Source of the DNA: Rotaria socialis
Taxonomy: Eukaryota
Assembly: GCA_905331295.1 (NCBI GenBank)
Contig: CAJNYD010000065.1
Span: forward strand, 62,001 to 126,000
DNA length: 64,000 nucleotides
Direction: 5' to 3'
Under the pieces are notes generated by a model. The model was not told the DNA's origin and made no database searches. It saw nothing but the letters and a program-made list of their open reading frames with translations. The translations under genes were made by a program, and so were the position numbers. Positions 1 through 13,259 of the stretch are shown one piece after another (positions within the stretch are counted from its first letter, which is position 1; every line of letters starts with the position of its first letter).

Positions 1-2759
1 TGGTAATAAAAATACAGCATGTACTATTGATTGATCAAATTCAGTTGGCGATACAGCATACGTAGGTTTTAACATATTTAGTTCAACAATAATATTTTCA
101 ATATTAAGTTTTTGTATATAAGCACGTTCTAATGTACGAATGATTTCTTGTTGAAATTCATTAATTTCATTTCCTTCATCTGATGAATTATCGTCTGATG
201 AAGAATCTTTATTGTCATCATCATTTTCTGATGTTTCATCTCCGGTTTGACTATCGATTGACTGATCAGTAGTTCGTTTCGACATCGATTGACAATATTG
301 TTTACTTTTAATCGCATCTCCATCATCATCATGTAATATATCTTTATTTTCAATAGGTTTTATACGATACCCCCAAGCATTGAATGCATTCAACTCATTT
401 TTATCATTATCATCATCTTCATCATCATCGTCGTCGTCGTCGTCTGTGAGCTCAAAAGCTTTTGTTTGATCATCATATGTCGAAGCGAAAATAAGTTCTC
501 GACCTAAACCATCAGCACCAACTAAATCACTATTTGATGTTACTGTTTCTTCCATACTGGAACTAACGGATTTTTCCGAAAAAGATTTTTCTGATAATCG
601 TGTTGAACTCGATCGTTGTTTAGAACTCGAACGTTTAACATTCTTTGATGGCATTGGAATATCATCATCAATTTCGATTTCATCAACGACACTTGCCGAT
701 GTTACGGAGTTCGATGCAATAATAGTCATACGTTCATTTAAATGAACATTAGTACCAATAATAACATTTTTACAAAGAATACATTGTTGATCTATTTGCA
801 CATTATTACGAATAAGTACATTATCGCATATAATAGAATTTTTGATTAAACAGTTTTCACCTATTTGTACATGATTCCATATGATTGAATTTTCAATTTT
901 TGTATTTTTACCAATAGTACAATTTTGGCCTATGACTGATGAACGTAAACATACACCAGATAGAATTTGAGATTTATAACCAATAAAAACATCTTGCTGA
1001 ATATTTGATAAACGATCTAATTGTATATCACCTTGTTTATATATATTGTGTCTATCGTAGGTGATTCGATACCATTGATTGTAAATTGATAAATATGAAT
1101 CATTTAACTTTAATGGAGGCGATGAAGGATTTGCAACTATTGATGGTGTTTGTGAATGTTTTGCTCCTATGGTTTCAGGTACAAGCGGATATAACCATCG
1201 ACGAAGAATATCAAATGTTGCTTTCATATATAAACGTAAATTATGCACGGGAAGGAAATAACCTTTTTCATATAAATATGAATAAATTGTCTGATTCGCG
1301 ACTTCATCGCGTAAAACACCTATTAGAGAAAATGCATATTGTAATGAAAGATCTAATTAGAAATGGCTTCGAGGTCAATAAACAATTCTAATCTATGAAA
1401 GATTTTTTCTTTTAATATTGCTATAGGTGTGCATGACAATATTATACCTATATTCGAGTTCCATCTAAGACATCATGATAGAAAATAAAAGTAAGCTATT
1501 ATTATCATAAAATTAGTAAGAAAAATCGATGAGAAATTCTCTTTTTAAAATGATTTTGTAGACTAGTAAATAAATTACAACATGATGATGATGATGAAGA
1601 TTATCTCGAGTTATTCATATTATTTTATTTTCCTAGAAGTTAACAATATTTTTATATTGGTTATCTCAATGGATTCTTTATGTGATCATTCGTTGTTTCT
1701 CTTCAGTGTCATAGAATACGGTCTAACTTGATTGATTTACTTCCGAGTTGTACCTATAAATGAGCTAGTAGTTATTCGAAATATTCGATGCATTTCAGAA
1801 TCTACCAGAAAAAATATCAGCTCGTAAGTATTTGTACTCTAATCTAAAAAATAGTTCAGCCTATCTGTCTTACGCAAACTTGACGTTTTATTAGAAACAT
1901 CTGTTTCTTCGCGAACATCCGAACAAATAAAAATATAATTTATGCTTAAATCTTGAAGGATTCTTATTTTTCAGTTAAAACGATAATAGTTACCTTTAAC
2001 GAAGTCATGCATTGTAAAAAAGTCGAAATTATCTTTAAATATATGTAAAACATCAGGCGAGCAAACTGCCAAATGACAATCCAATGAACAATATAATGTT
2101 TCGATTGCTACATTAGGTTTTTCTAATAAATCAAGTGGTATTTCATATATATCAGAATATTCTTTTGAATAATCATATAAACGATGTGTATTAGCATCAC
2201 GCATAATATACGAATATTGATCATCTGTATATGATGGATGTTCAATATAATTTGAATCTAATTGACGATAAACAAGTGTCATAATACAATTTTTATCTTT
2301 TTTGACATTTTCTTTATGAATAGTAAATAAATTATCTAATTTTTCATTGGTTAGCAATGTACCATTACCATGGAGTAATAAAAAGTCGTGATTTTTATCA
2401 TTTATTAAATGTTCCTGTTCAAGATCTTTTAAACAATCACCTAGTGAGCGTGCTTCTTTACAAGAAACGAATTTAATCAACTTCGGATATGTACGTGACC
2501 ATTCACTATTCGTTATATACGAATGAATTTCATATGAATGTGATCTTGTTAATAAGATAATTTCTTGCACACCTGATCGTACTAATGTATGAATAGTGTA
2601 ATCAAGTAATGGTCGACCATCAACAGGCCATAAACATAATGGAAGTGACGTATGAGAAACGATTTCATTTGTGTAAATATTGAATGTATCAAGCACAAGT
2701 ACGCATGTTAATCGTTCTTCAGCAAGATGATCAGCATTTATATTTGTCGGTTTAACCAT
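1..2759 (-). CDS. EIF2B5: Translation initiation factor eIF2B subunit epsilon; exons 2759-1994 and 1319-<1, 3' end runs off the window
   Basis: N-terminal nucleotidyltransferase-like domain (LTCVLVLDTF..LPLCLWPVDGRPLLDYTI..SGVQEI). A phase-1 GT-AG intron joins FVKG/VLRDE. Then come RRWLYPLVPE, hexapeptide LbH repeats (SVIGQNCTIGKNTKIENSIIW), an acidic linker and the start of the W2 domain (FQQEIIRTLERA..IIVELNMLK). Confidence 0.93.
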
Positions 2760-3788
2760 ATCTAAAAAGAATAATAAACTAAATTTTATCAATAACTAGA
2801 AACATGGATATAAATAAGAAGCGACTATATTGAATGATGAAACATGAAAACACAATATGATGCAATACTTTTTGAAATAACAAAAACCTGGTAACTTAAA
2901 TTTAGCTCTTTCATAGAAGCAACGGCATTATGATATTCTATTCTTTGGCTAGGTTCGATAATCAAATCAAGATACAGAAATCCATATTTTACCATATTCT
3001 AAAAAACATTACTTAGCCTATCTAAAATGAAGAGGTAATGTGTGTTATAACAATTAGAATTAAGTGTACATTTTTTGATTTTTGTTCTGTTTAATATTAA
3101 ATGGAGAAAAAATGACTTATACATAAAACGAATGAATAACTTTTCTTATAAATTTACTAAAGCAAATACTATTAAGTATCTGAGAGTTCCATCACGATTT
3201 CTATAAACAACAGTGTTGTTCTGAACTTTCAACATGTAAAATGTCTCAAACTAAGGATTTTCTAATAAAATCAATATCATCTGGATTCTTCATAATCATT
3301 AAAGCTACCCAAACTACTATCTATTTCATGAACAAGCAAAAAATGTATATTTATGATGACTATACAATCGGGATCGAATTTAATATTTTGTCGAGCATAA
3401 TTTGTCTGAAAAAATAAAATAGAAGTACAATTATATTTCATTTTTGAAATTAATCTCGTTGATGAGTATGTGGAACTCCGGCGTATCGTGTATTTTCAAG
3501 AATTTTTTCAATTTCACTAGTAATAACAACAGTATTAGTGTAGTATTAAAAGTCTACTACATGGTTAACTGGTATTTATAATTATGTATTTGATATTACT
3601 CCAGTACATTGTTCGCATTTATATGAAGGCCACGAACAATATAAATTTCGTCATCTATGCGTACGAGTTCAACTCGTGATTGTTCATTGGTGAGTTCGTC
3701 GACGAATAGGAATAGGAAGAGAAAAAATGAATGAATGAAAGGAATATATCGAACAACGCGATTATTGTCTCAATGAATTGTTTTGTAG

Positions 3789-5012
3789 ATGTATTCATTA
3801 ATTCGAAATAGTATTGCTCGAATAATTCAACGAGATTTCATATCAAACATTGGTTTTTCATATCGGTATCAGTTATTTATTATCTAAGTTTTTTCTCATT
3901 TGAATTATTCTAGTTCAAGTACAACTAACATCTCACCATCAAATGAAACACCGAAAGATGCTGATAATACAACTAAATCCGATTCGAAATTCCCAGATAA
4001 AACCAAAACAACTGACGTAAAAGTGCCATGGAAATCAAATGTAATCGAAATACCAGTTGCTATGAGCTCCCAATATTTAATGGAGAATTTCCGTGAACAT
4101 CGTCAAGGTGGTTTTTATTATGATCATAGAATTATAGTACCTGAAATGCCAGAAAAATATACAACTAAGCCATTTGAAACACGAAAAACGGGTGGAAATC
4201 ATCCTGATACGGGTAAAAACCAAAAGAATTTAAATTTGAACATAGAGAAGTTTTTTTCTTTCATTTAGGTAGAAAAGAATATCGTCGAGTTGGTGGTGGC
4301 TTAAAAAAGACTTGGCTATGGATTGATACTATGCGGCAAGGGCCAAAAAGTGGTCCACCGCTAGTTGAACGTGTTATTCGTATTGTCAATAGTGATTGTC
4401 ATACAGCTAAAGCTGCTTTAATTGGACATGGAAATACTCTTCGATATATATTAGCAACTGAAAATCTTAAAGTTGGTGATCTTGTTAAAACATCTGGTGA
4501 CATACCAAAAAATCCAGGTTCGACTTTTTTTTTCTTTGACCCTTTTGTTATTTTCTAGACATTCGTTTTTGTTTTTAGTAAAAGCAAGTGAAGGTGATGC
4601 ATATCCAGTTGGTGCATTACCAACTGGTACAATAGTTAATTGTGTTGAAGGTTATCCCGGGCAAGGTGCCAGATATGCAATGAACGCTGGCACATATGCA
4701 ACAATAATGAAACGTGTTGATGATCGATGTATTTTACAATTACCTACAAAACATGAAATATCGATACTTGAACAATGTATGGTTACTGTTGGTCGTCTAT
4801 CGAATGTTGCACACAATGAATTCGTTTATGGCAAAGCTGGTGCAACACGTTTATTGGGTATAAGACCAAAACTTGGCTTGTTCCATAAGAAAACATCTCG
4901 ATTTGGACGAAGACCATTTCGAGCTAGACCTATACTTGTTATTACTGGTGAAAAACCTGAATATCCAAATGTGATCAAGTTACAACATCCTTCCATTGAT
5001 CCTTATAGATAA
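3789..5012 (+). CDS. MRPL2: Mitochondrial ribosomal protein uL2m; exons 3789-3865, 3914-4212, 4269-4517, 4579-5012
   Basis: The spliced frame is continuous. uL2m motifs: KTGGNHPDTGRK..VGGG, RYILATENLKVGD, EGDAYPVGALPTGT, TVGRLSN, GKAG..RLLGIRP. Confidence 0.93.
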
Positions 5013-5459
5013 TTGTTTTCTTTATTGTTCTTTTTTTTGAATAAACTCATTGAAAGCAATATCTTGATGTGTTTTATTCTAAATTTTATTGTAAACTTCG
5101 ATAATGATATGAGTACATGAGAATAGATCCCAAGAATAGTGATATCTTTAATTTAACATAAACAGAACAAAAACAATGAGTCAATTCTCTTATTATCAAA
5201 TCAAAAACAATAAGGTTTAATATTCACTCAATGGAAAAGTTCTTGGTACTTTTGTCCCCACAATACATCCATCGTGAGATGTAGATAACTATTTGTTCTT
5301 TTGATAAATCTTATCATCAGTGTACTTGTTTGAATCAATTCATAGATATATGTAGAACAATCAACTATCTAAACATATAATTCTATTATCAAGTCTTAGC
5401 TTTTCAGTTTTATAATTAAAAATTTTGTATTATTGTTACTCTTAGTCTTTCTTTCAGAT

Positions 5460-6673
5460 ATGGATGATTCAATGAGTTCTGTTCATAGCATATCAGCTAT
5501 GGATATTTCACCAGCGTCTAGTCCAAGAAATGCAATGAATCAATTCCCGTTAAATCATCTACTTGTGAATACATTCCAACAACAACAACAATCACTGTCA
5601 AATATTTTATTTAGTGAGCCTAACATGAATGATTATCCACCAATAAATGAAAATCCAATGTCAAATGAACACGATGATAATTCAAAAGCCTATTGTCTAT
5701 TTTCATCGATTTTAACAGAGAATAATGGTGATATACGATCACCAATTATTACAGATGAATCAAATCAACTTCGACAAAGAATAATACCAGAACCAAATCC
5801 ATCAATTGGTGATGCAGTACCAATTATAAAAAAATCATCTCAACGATCATGTTATAGAATTTTTCTTTTTATTCCAATTATGATATGTATAATATATTCT
5901 ATGAGTCAATATTTCAATACATCTGTTATTCTACCACGTTCAACAAGTTGGCAAAATGCAAGTGAATACTTGGCTAAAAATCTTATTGGACAAGAACAAG
6001 GACTGGAACAATTTAACGATGCTATGGAAAAACATAAAAATTTAACTATCGTTCTTATTGAAGTATTTATTGACTTTTGTAATTATTTAAAATAAGTATA
6101 TCTAAATAATTTTAGGGTCCTATCGGTGTTGGGAAATCTTATTTAGCATCATCACTTGAAAAATTTATACCAACAACTCTCATATCTACGAATACGCTTC
6201 TTGGTCTATCACCACATCATTGGACTGAATCTAATCGTCTCTCATCATATCTATTATCATATTTATCTCCGTCCTTATTTCAATTTTTAATTATTGATGA
6301 TGTAGATTTATTGCCAACTGATGCAATGTATTGTCAAACATTAACAACAGCTTTAACTTCGATTGATAACAATAAAAATGTATTCATACTTCTTCTACAA
6401 ACTGGTACAATCTCAAACATATGTAAAGAAAATTTTGACAATATAATGACGAAATATATTCAATTTAATATGTTACAACGTCATCATATTCGAACATGTA
6501 TTAAAAATGAAGCTTATATACAGAATGTTCAACCACCATTTGATAATCAACAAATTGAAAATATTCTTAATTCAGTTAAATATACGAATGAGAAAGGAAT
6601 ATTATATAGTACAACGGGTTGTAAACAAATCCCATCACTTGTTATGCTAGAATCTAAAAGAACAGCACAGTGA
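5460..6673 (+). CDS. Torsin-family-like AAA+ protein with an N-terminal low-complexity region and one transmembrane helix; exons 5460-6062, 6116-6673 (~386 aa)
   Basis: TM segment IFLFIPIMICIIYSM, then LIGQ, Walker A GPIGVGKS, Walker B-like FLIIDDVD, and C-terminal YSTTGCK resembling the torsin GCK motif. The phase-0 intron 6063-6115 restores the frame. Confidence 0.7.
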
Positions 6674-8959
6674 TAATTAGCTAAATTTATTATTTATTTT
6701 CTCTTTTCTTAAGAATACTCAATAAACTAGATAATATACGCGATAATTTCGTGATCATACAAAATATCAGGATCAGTTTATTTTTTTTTCTATATTCTAA
6801 TGCAATAGTATTGTTGATCAAAGACTAAAATTTGATGCCATCATGGATTTGGTTGGATGGTGCTCATAGAAATCTAATGTTACAAAATTTCGCTTAATGT
6901 TATTTTCAGTATTGTGAGATAATAAACTTGTCATGAAGACTTTACAGTCTATCTATGAAGAAGAAAAAAGTCTCTTTTTGCAGATTTATTTTCGAATATT
7001 TTTATTGCAATAGTAACGAAATGTTGCGGATTCCTGTAACTAAGAAATTTGGTGTTATTTTGCATTTTCATTGAATATTATAAAACGGCGAAAATAAATT
7101 TTTTATGTTATTAATTTTTTGCCAAGTCGACAATGGTTGTTTAGTCAAACATGTTTTCCAACTTTTCAGCTTATGTTAACATTATAAACAGAAATATTTT
7201 TATATAGCGTCGTAGTAGAGATTTCATCCGTTCTAATAATAAAACTTCAAAGGATCCATGACGAATTCTTGTTCTACTATAGAATCTCGCTATTGGGTAT
7301 TCATGTTGATATTATTTGAGATATTAATGAGATTCTAACTACCAATGAACTGTTAATCTTTACATTTTTCGATAGGATTTTATTTTTAATTTAATTTTCC
7401 TAAGTTCGTTTAATTGTGTATTTTTATCCTATTGTTGACATATTTGTTTCTGAAATAGGAGGCTTTTTGTTACTTATTTTATTCATTTGACTAAGTTTTT
7501 CCTCTCTATATTTGTATCGGGCAGATTGGTTGCATCATCGCTTGAGTTTCGTTTATGTCAGTTGTTAACTGTTTCAATAGCATTGATCAACGAAAGACAT
7601 TGTTGTCCTACGGCATTTTTTTATTCCTATGCAGTTGCAATTTCTTGATCGCGTTGTCGAGAATGTTGAGTAAAACTTTTCGATACACGCAATCGATCAC
7701 CTATTGGCGTATTTGATAAATCTCTACGTCTACGATGAGGACACAATGATGTACGTCGTACAAATGTTAATTTTACGCTAGTCATATTATACAATAGATA
7801 AAAATAAACAATACAATATATTATACAAACAGGCAATAAACTTGTGCATCATCTATTCAATCCTTTTTTCCTATTAATAATATCCAAATATATTGGATCT
7901 TTGAAAGGCAAAACTAAAGTAGAAAATATGCGATCAATTTTTAATAATTTGATTATATTCAAATTGAGTAAAATAAATCAAGGTTAATCGTTTTATTTGA
8001 TCAATAATATAAAGTGAACAAACAGTATCTATATTTTATATCTGTTAGTAATTCAATAATAGACTGGATCATAACTACGACAAACATAGTTCTTAAACAA
8101 AAAGAAATTCAAACATTCATAGGCTTCATGATGAAAACTTCGAAGAAGTTAATCGTCATTTATTGTTGATTATAAATATAATGTATGCATAATTGAATCA
8201 ACTAATAAGATATGTAAGACAAATCGATCTTGATTAATTATTTACGATTTGGATAGTTGCCCTTCAATAGATTACATTATTGATGGAAAGAGATTGAACT
8301 CTGACAGTGACCACCATATATTATTTTTTTTATGAAATATTGATTTTCATGTTGTTTCAATGCAATAGTGATCGTTGTGCTGTATGTACACACAGAAAAA
8401 CATATTGTGATTAATAATCATCTTGCGACAATCTCGGATACAAGTCTTCGAAACAAATAAGAAATATGATTTAAAGTGAGTTAAATATTTCTATCACTTA
8501 CATAAGTTTATGTTATCAGCAATAACTTTTCGAACATTCTCAATGACCTTTCAGCGTGGAAGATATTTTTAAACTCTTCGTAGTTATACTTCATTCGTAT
8601 ACAAAATGTGCATTGTCTTACATTAGAATCATTTATTAATTATCAATCTTACTGAGCACATCTCTATGTGCAACAAAACTAAACAGTAGCAATTATACAA
8701 AATACTACAAGACGACACAAGCGATGATAGGAAAGTTACTGCTAGTTCGATTGAATTTATTTCAGCCTGAAAAACCCTAATTTTCTTAGCATTAACATAT
8801 TTTTAATTAATATGAAGTGAATTAGAACATCTGAAAAGTAATAATTTCACTACATCATTCAAACTGCTACGACTAAGCTGACTTTAAAATTAAAAAAATG
8901 ACCCGACTATTTGATTTTGATCGGTTTTCATTATGCTCATAAATAAAATAGATTCATCA

Positions 8960-9497
8960 GTGTGCCGTAGAAAGATCGAAAGGGAAAATGTCGAAAGAAA
9001 GAATATCGAAAATTTGCACTAAGATGCTTTTATTCTTGAAATCATAATAGCATCATAGCATAAATCATAGATAAATAAGAGTTATAAAGACAGATACAAA
9101 TATCCAATATTTACTAGTTGTTGTTGTTTTATTCAGTTTGAGAATATATTTATCTGATACAAGGAAAGGTTTTCCTTTTTACGACTGAATAAATGAAAAA
9201 ACTGGAGTTGGCGGATGATTCTCGCCAGATAAAAATGAGTAAGCTGTAGTCATCATGATAGAATTTTAATCGTTGTATACTATTTTACGCCTATTTTAGC
9301 TAGCTTTCATAAGATATTACTTATCAATAGTATCAATGGTTAACAGTGTCAAACCAATGGAATAATCAGATTAACAACAATGAACAATAAACTATTAGAA
9401 CCTTCATTTAGTTGAGATATCGCTTTTTTCTATCTTTTCTGTTTTCGACATCTTTCCTTTTCGATATTTTTCCCTTTCGGCCTTTCTATGGCCAACC
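8960..9497. mobile_element. Non-autonomous Mutator-like MITE (~540 bp) with a 9-bp target-site duplication (TSD)
   Basis: Degenerate ~50 bp TIRs (left GTGTGCCGTAGAAAGATCGAAAGGGAAAA; reverse complement of right GGTTGGCCATAGAAAGGCCGAAAGGGAAAA), flanked by identical GATTCATCA at 8951-8959 and 9498-9506. Confidence 0.75.
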
Positions 9498-11414
9498 GAT
9501 TCATCAATGTGGTACTTTAATGTGATCATTAAAGCTTTATCGTGTCATTCTCATTTTTCGGTTTCGTTGTTAATGATATAATCGGAACTTCAAGTTAGCA
9601 TACTCATTTCTAATAAATAATAATTCTACAATCTGATGAATTTTGCATGTACATAGATTCTCGATTGAAACTACATTGCAAAATGACTTTCCAGTTATCT
9701 CTATTATCGAGAATTGTTTTGATTTGATTTACAAATAGAAATGCATGAAAAACACAACATTTGTTATCAAATGATGTACATAAATACATCTCAATTCAAT
9801 TTTCATGTATAATCAATTAGATATTCTGATCTAGTACAAGAAGAGATTCTTATGAGAGAGTTAAAAGACAATTCGGTCTAAACTCAAATGATACACTGGA
9901 AATCTATGTAATAGGCGTGGAAGAACGAAAATGAAGTATTTTTCAATTGAAAATGCACAATACATTATTTAGTTTAATGTGTCGATATTGATCATTGATA
10001 AAGAAGATTGCTGATTAAGAAAGAATCCATCGAAAATTGCATTTCACAACAACAACTGGAATCTTCTACTTCTTCAGAAGATTCAATTAAAAAACAGAAA
10101 CTCGTGTTTTTCTCAGAATATTTCAATAATTTGACAGAATAATAAGTTTTCTACAGGGAACGATCAATCCCATGGTATATGTCCTTCCTATTATAAATAC
10201 ATTATATTATCAACCCTAAGTTTCAATTTCGATAGATAACAGAAACATACGAGAGTCAATAAAATCGTCGAAAATTTACGCCGAACGACGCCTTTTTTCT
10301 CGTTCTCTTATAATATTCGTGAGGTTAATTTTATCATGCATATTCTTATTTCATTAAAAAGAAATGTAAAAGATGATAACGATAAGCTTTATGGCTACAT
10401 AAGAGTTGAATTCAAAAAAAAATTATACAAACCTTTAGCTACTCTTTCTGTTTGATGCAAAATCATTTTTGAAACAAAACTTATGCCTTTAAAAGCAGTA
10501 CTATATAGCTCTTTTTAACTTGCCTTGTTATGAATAGGATCTGATAAACCTCCAAGGAATTTGATAAAGAAAACTTTAAAAGTGTTAAATATTCTCATGG
10601 AGCTAGAAACTAATGTATTATTAAACGGCAATTCTCAATGTATTTCGATAATTTGCAAGAGCATTCTCGATTTCAAGAAACTTTGACATGAAGCAGAGAA
10701 AACGGTACGAGTACTGCTATTGAAAAGAAGCTACATTAGGAGAACAACATTTTTTTTCATTAAACATTGCAGTTTACAAAAAACTCATTAGAATAGTCGG
10801 ATGTTCTAACTTGTATTCATTCATTCACTCATTTAATTAATTCTTTTCATTATTTCGATTAACAATCACTCGGCTATCATGTTCAACTGGCACTACGAAG
10901 AATTAATTCTGATTTGCAATCAATTCATGTCGAGAAAAATTTGAAAGTTGTTTTCTTTTCATTCATGTATGCAATTGTTTTTATTTGTGGGAAAGAGCAT
11001 GATATTATTTACTCTCTTTCATCACGTCAATGATAGTTAAGAATGACACGAATTCACAAAAAAAACAATACAAGTTTTTCAAAATGCACACGAATATATA
11101 AAAATGTTGATATCATTCTTTCCAAGCTATTTCCTTTCTGTTATTTTCTCGTCGCGCAAACATAACATTAACATAACAAAACAGTGAACAACTGATTAAC
11201 AACAAACAGCCAACAATAGAAATAGATGATGACAAAAAAAGTGATTGCAGATTTTTCTTTTCTATTAGGCACTTTTGCACCCAGTTATACAAACACACCC
11301 ATGTATTTAAATGTGGAAAAAAATTGAGAAAAAGATAAGCGTAGTTGATGATGATTTTTGTTTTTCTTTTTTTAAATGACAGATGGAAAAACGTTTGGAT
11401 GGTTGATAGATTAT

Positions 11415-11632
11415 TTACTTTTTACCACCTTTGGCGGCTGCAGCTACTGGTTTGCCACCTTTGGCTGTTGATATAGCTTTCTTTTCGACATCCTTGATGA
11501 CACCGACAGCAACGGTTTGACGCATATCACGAACGGCAAATCGACCCAATGGCGGGAAATCAGCGAATTTTTCGACACACATTGGTTTCGATGGAATCAT
11601 TCTAACCATAGCAGCTTCTCCTGATTTGAGGA
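11415..11632 (-). CDS. EEF1A: Elongation factor 1-alpha, C-terminal fragment; the rest is lost in or beyond the assembly gap
   Basis: [46 protein letters not shown] is the canonical eEF1A domain III C-terminus. Confidence 0.95.
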
Positions 11633-11732
11633 NNNNNNNNNNNNNNNNNNNNNNNNNNNNNNNNNNNNNNNNNNNNNNNNNNNNNNNNNNNNNNNNNNNN
11701 NNNNNNNNNNNNNNNNNNNNNNNNNNNNNNNN
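11633..11732. other. Assembly gap (100 N)
   Basis: Run of exactly 100 N, a typical placeholder for a gap of unknown size. Confidence 0.99.
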
Positions 11733-11907
11733 GACATGACTGGACTAAAGGACATTGCAGTCTAGTACAGACGTGTTTGCAAGACACTCCTCATTAAGCT
11801 GACTAGACAAGACGGGTATGCAAGATGTTTCAGACTAGACTTGACGGCAGCTGCGGACATTTCTGACTAGTCATGCGGCAGTCTCCCTTCATTTTTTGCT
11901 TACTTGG
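11733..11907. mobile_element. Right end of a CCC...GGG (CACTA/EnSpm-like) non-autonomous element, truncated by the gap
   Basis: GC-richer tract with repeated GACTAG/CAAGAC motifs, ending TTTTGCTTACTTGGG followed by TA. Confidence 0.5.
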
Positions 11908-12156
11908 GTAGAAAGAGCATTTTGAACCCGTTCTGAACGCGGCAATTATGGGAGAGTCGACCTTAATTTGGGTGAATTTGAAATAATAGGAAGAGTTTGC
12001 GATGATACTCATGCAACTCTGACGTTTTAACTTTGCGTTCCGAGTTCTGTAAAGCAGAGCTGCCATTATAACGGCCTGTCTAGCCATCGGAAAGTATGAT
12101 ATTCAAGATGAGTTGATCTGTTTATTTTATCTTGAAGTAGAGTGATAAACTAATTG

Positions 12157-12294
12157 AGAACAGCATTATTGACCTCGTTTATTTCTTTTCTGCGTAAGGA
12201 GTATATTTGATAATATGAGTTTTTGGAGTTTGATGATCGACGTAAAGATTTCTGACGCACGAAAAGGATAAGTCGGGTCAATAGTGCTGCTCTC
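12157..12294. mobile_element. Small degenerate foldback/MITE
   Basis: About 45 bp of imperfect inverted repeat: GAGAACAGCATTATTGACCTCG versus the reverse complement of CGGGTCAATAGTGCTGCTCTC. No clear TSD. Confidence 0.45.
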
Positions 12295-12579
12295 AACCAA
12301 ACTCCTATTCTAATTCAGTATAATGTAAAAGGCAAAACAGATTTGAATTTCATATTTTCCGGTGACTTAGTACGCCAGCTTGATGACAGCTCTATATATT
12401 ATTGAATTGATATTACGGAACTTAATCTGCGAAACCTAATTTTAAGTTTGTCTATTGGAATAGGTTTCATACAAACCAGTTTCGTACGATAGTTAAAAAG
12501 GTTTAGAATTCGTTTCAAAATTCGGAACTTTTTTAAGTTCGGTACGGTATCTTTTTTGTTTTCAGTGTACGATGTTTCC

Positions 12580-13259
12580 TCCAAAAGGTGATTTTAGCAG
12601 GATTTCTTTGATGCTTTTTCTATTTTTCAGATATCTCATGATCCTCGGTGTAGAATGGAGCAGAAATCACCTAATAAGGATTTCTTGATGCTCTCGATCT
12701 AATGCTGCTATCCACGATTCTCTCCGATAGTTCATTCGAAGGTGATTTTAGCAGGTTTTGTTCGATGTTTTTTGTGTTGTTTTAGATTTTTCATGATTTT
12801 TGCTGTTTGATGCACGTAAAATCATAGGGAGATAGCTTTAGGTGTTCTCGGTAGAGTTAGGGTATAAAGAGTGTTTCGAAAAGATCTGTTGGAAGTATGA
12901 TTTCTGTGATTTTTCGGTGTGATTTGCAGTACGTTTTTTGGCTGCTTGCATTTTTTAGTGTGACTTCCATGGAAATGTGGTAGAATTGATGTCTGTAGTG
13001 TGGTCACTATCGATCGGAGGGGTTTATGAATGAAGTTTTCTGTTTGTTCAGAATTACGGCCGTAAACGGTCGGTTACGATGGTGTTACAGTCGTATACGT
13101 AGCAGTGCTTGGTCGTTTCCTGTTTATGATACGGCCGTATACGACACGACGATATACGGCAGTAATACGGCGCATACCAAAATGTTAAAATACGGCCCGT
13201 ATACGGTCGTAAATTCCGCGTATACGGCCGTATCTAGTCGTCGTAATGCTCAACCTGGG
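12580..13259. mobile_element. Right part of a CCCAGG-type (CACTA/EnSpm-like) element with subterminal TACGGCCGTA palindromes
   Basis: Many TACGG/CCGTA motifs at 13063-13235, ending GCTCAACCTGGG. Imperfect internal direct repeat AAGGTGATTTTAGCAGG near 12585 and 12740. A related end (CGTAACGCTCGGCCTGGG then TA) is at 13991-14008. Confidence 0.55.

Noticed and set aside
129..1391. ORFs 129-353 (-) and 1086-1391 (+)
   Set aside because: They are off-frame or antisense to the long eIF2B-epsilon exon that runs off the window.
3690..3791. AG acceptor right before the ATG in several host genes (MRPL2, ACSL, ATP5PB, nuclear receptor) as evidence of trans-splicing
   Set aside because: Plausible cis donors lie just upstream (e.g. 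GTGAGT at 3690, GTAAG at 24580 on the minus strand), so ordinary 5' UTR introns explain them.
13063..13235. CRISPR-like or integron-like repeat array
   Set aside because: There is no constant repeat-spacer period, no cas genes, and the context is eukaryotic; it fits transposon subterminal repeats. The same applies to the ACGCGT arrays.
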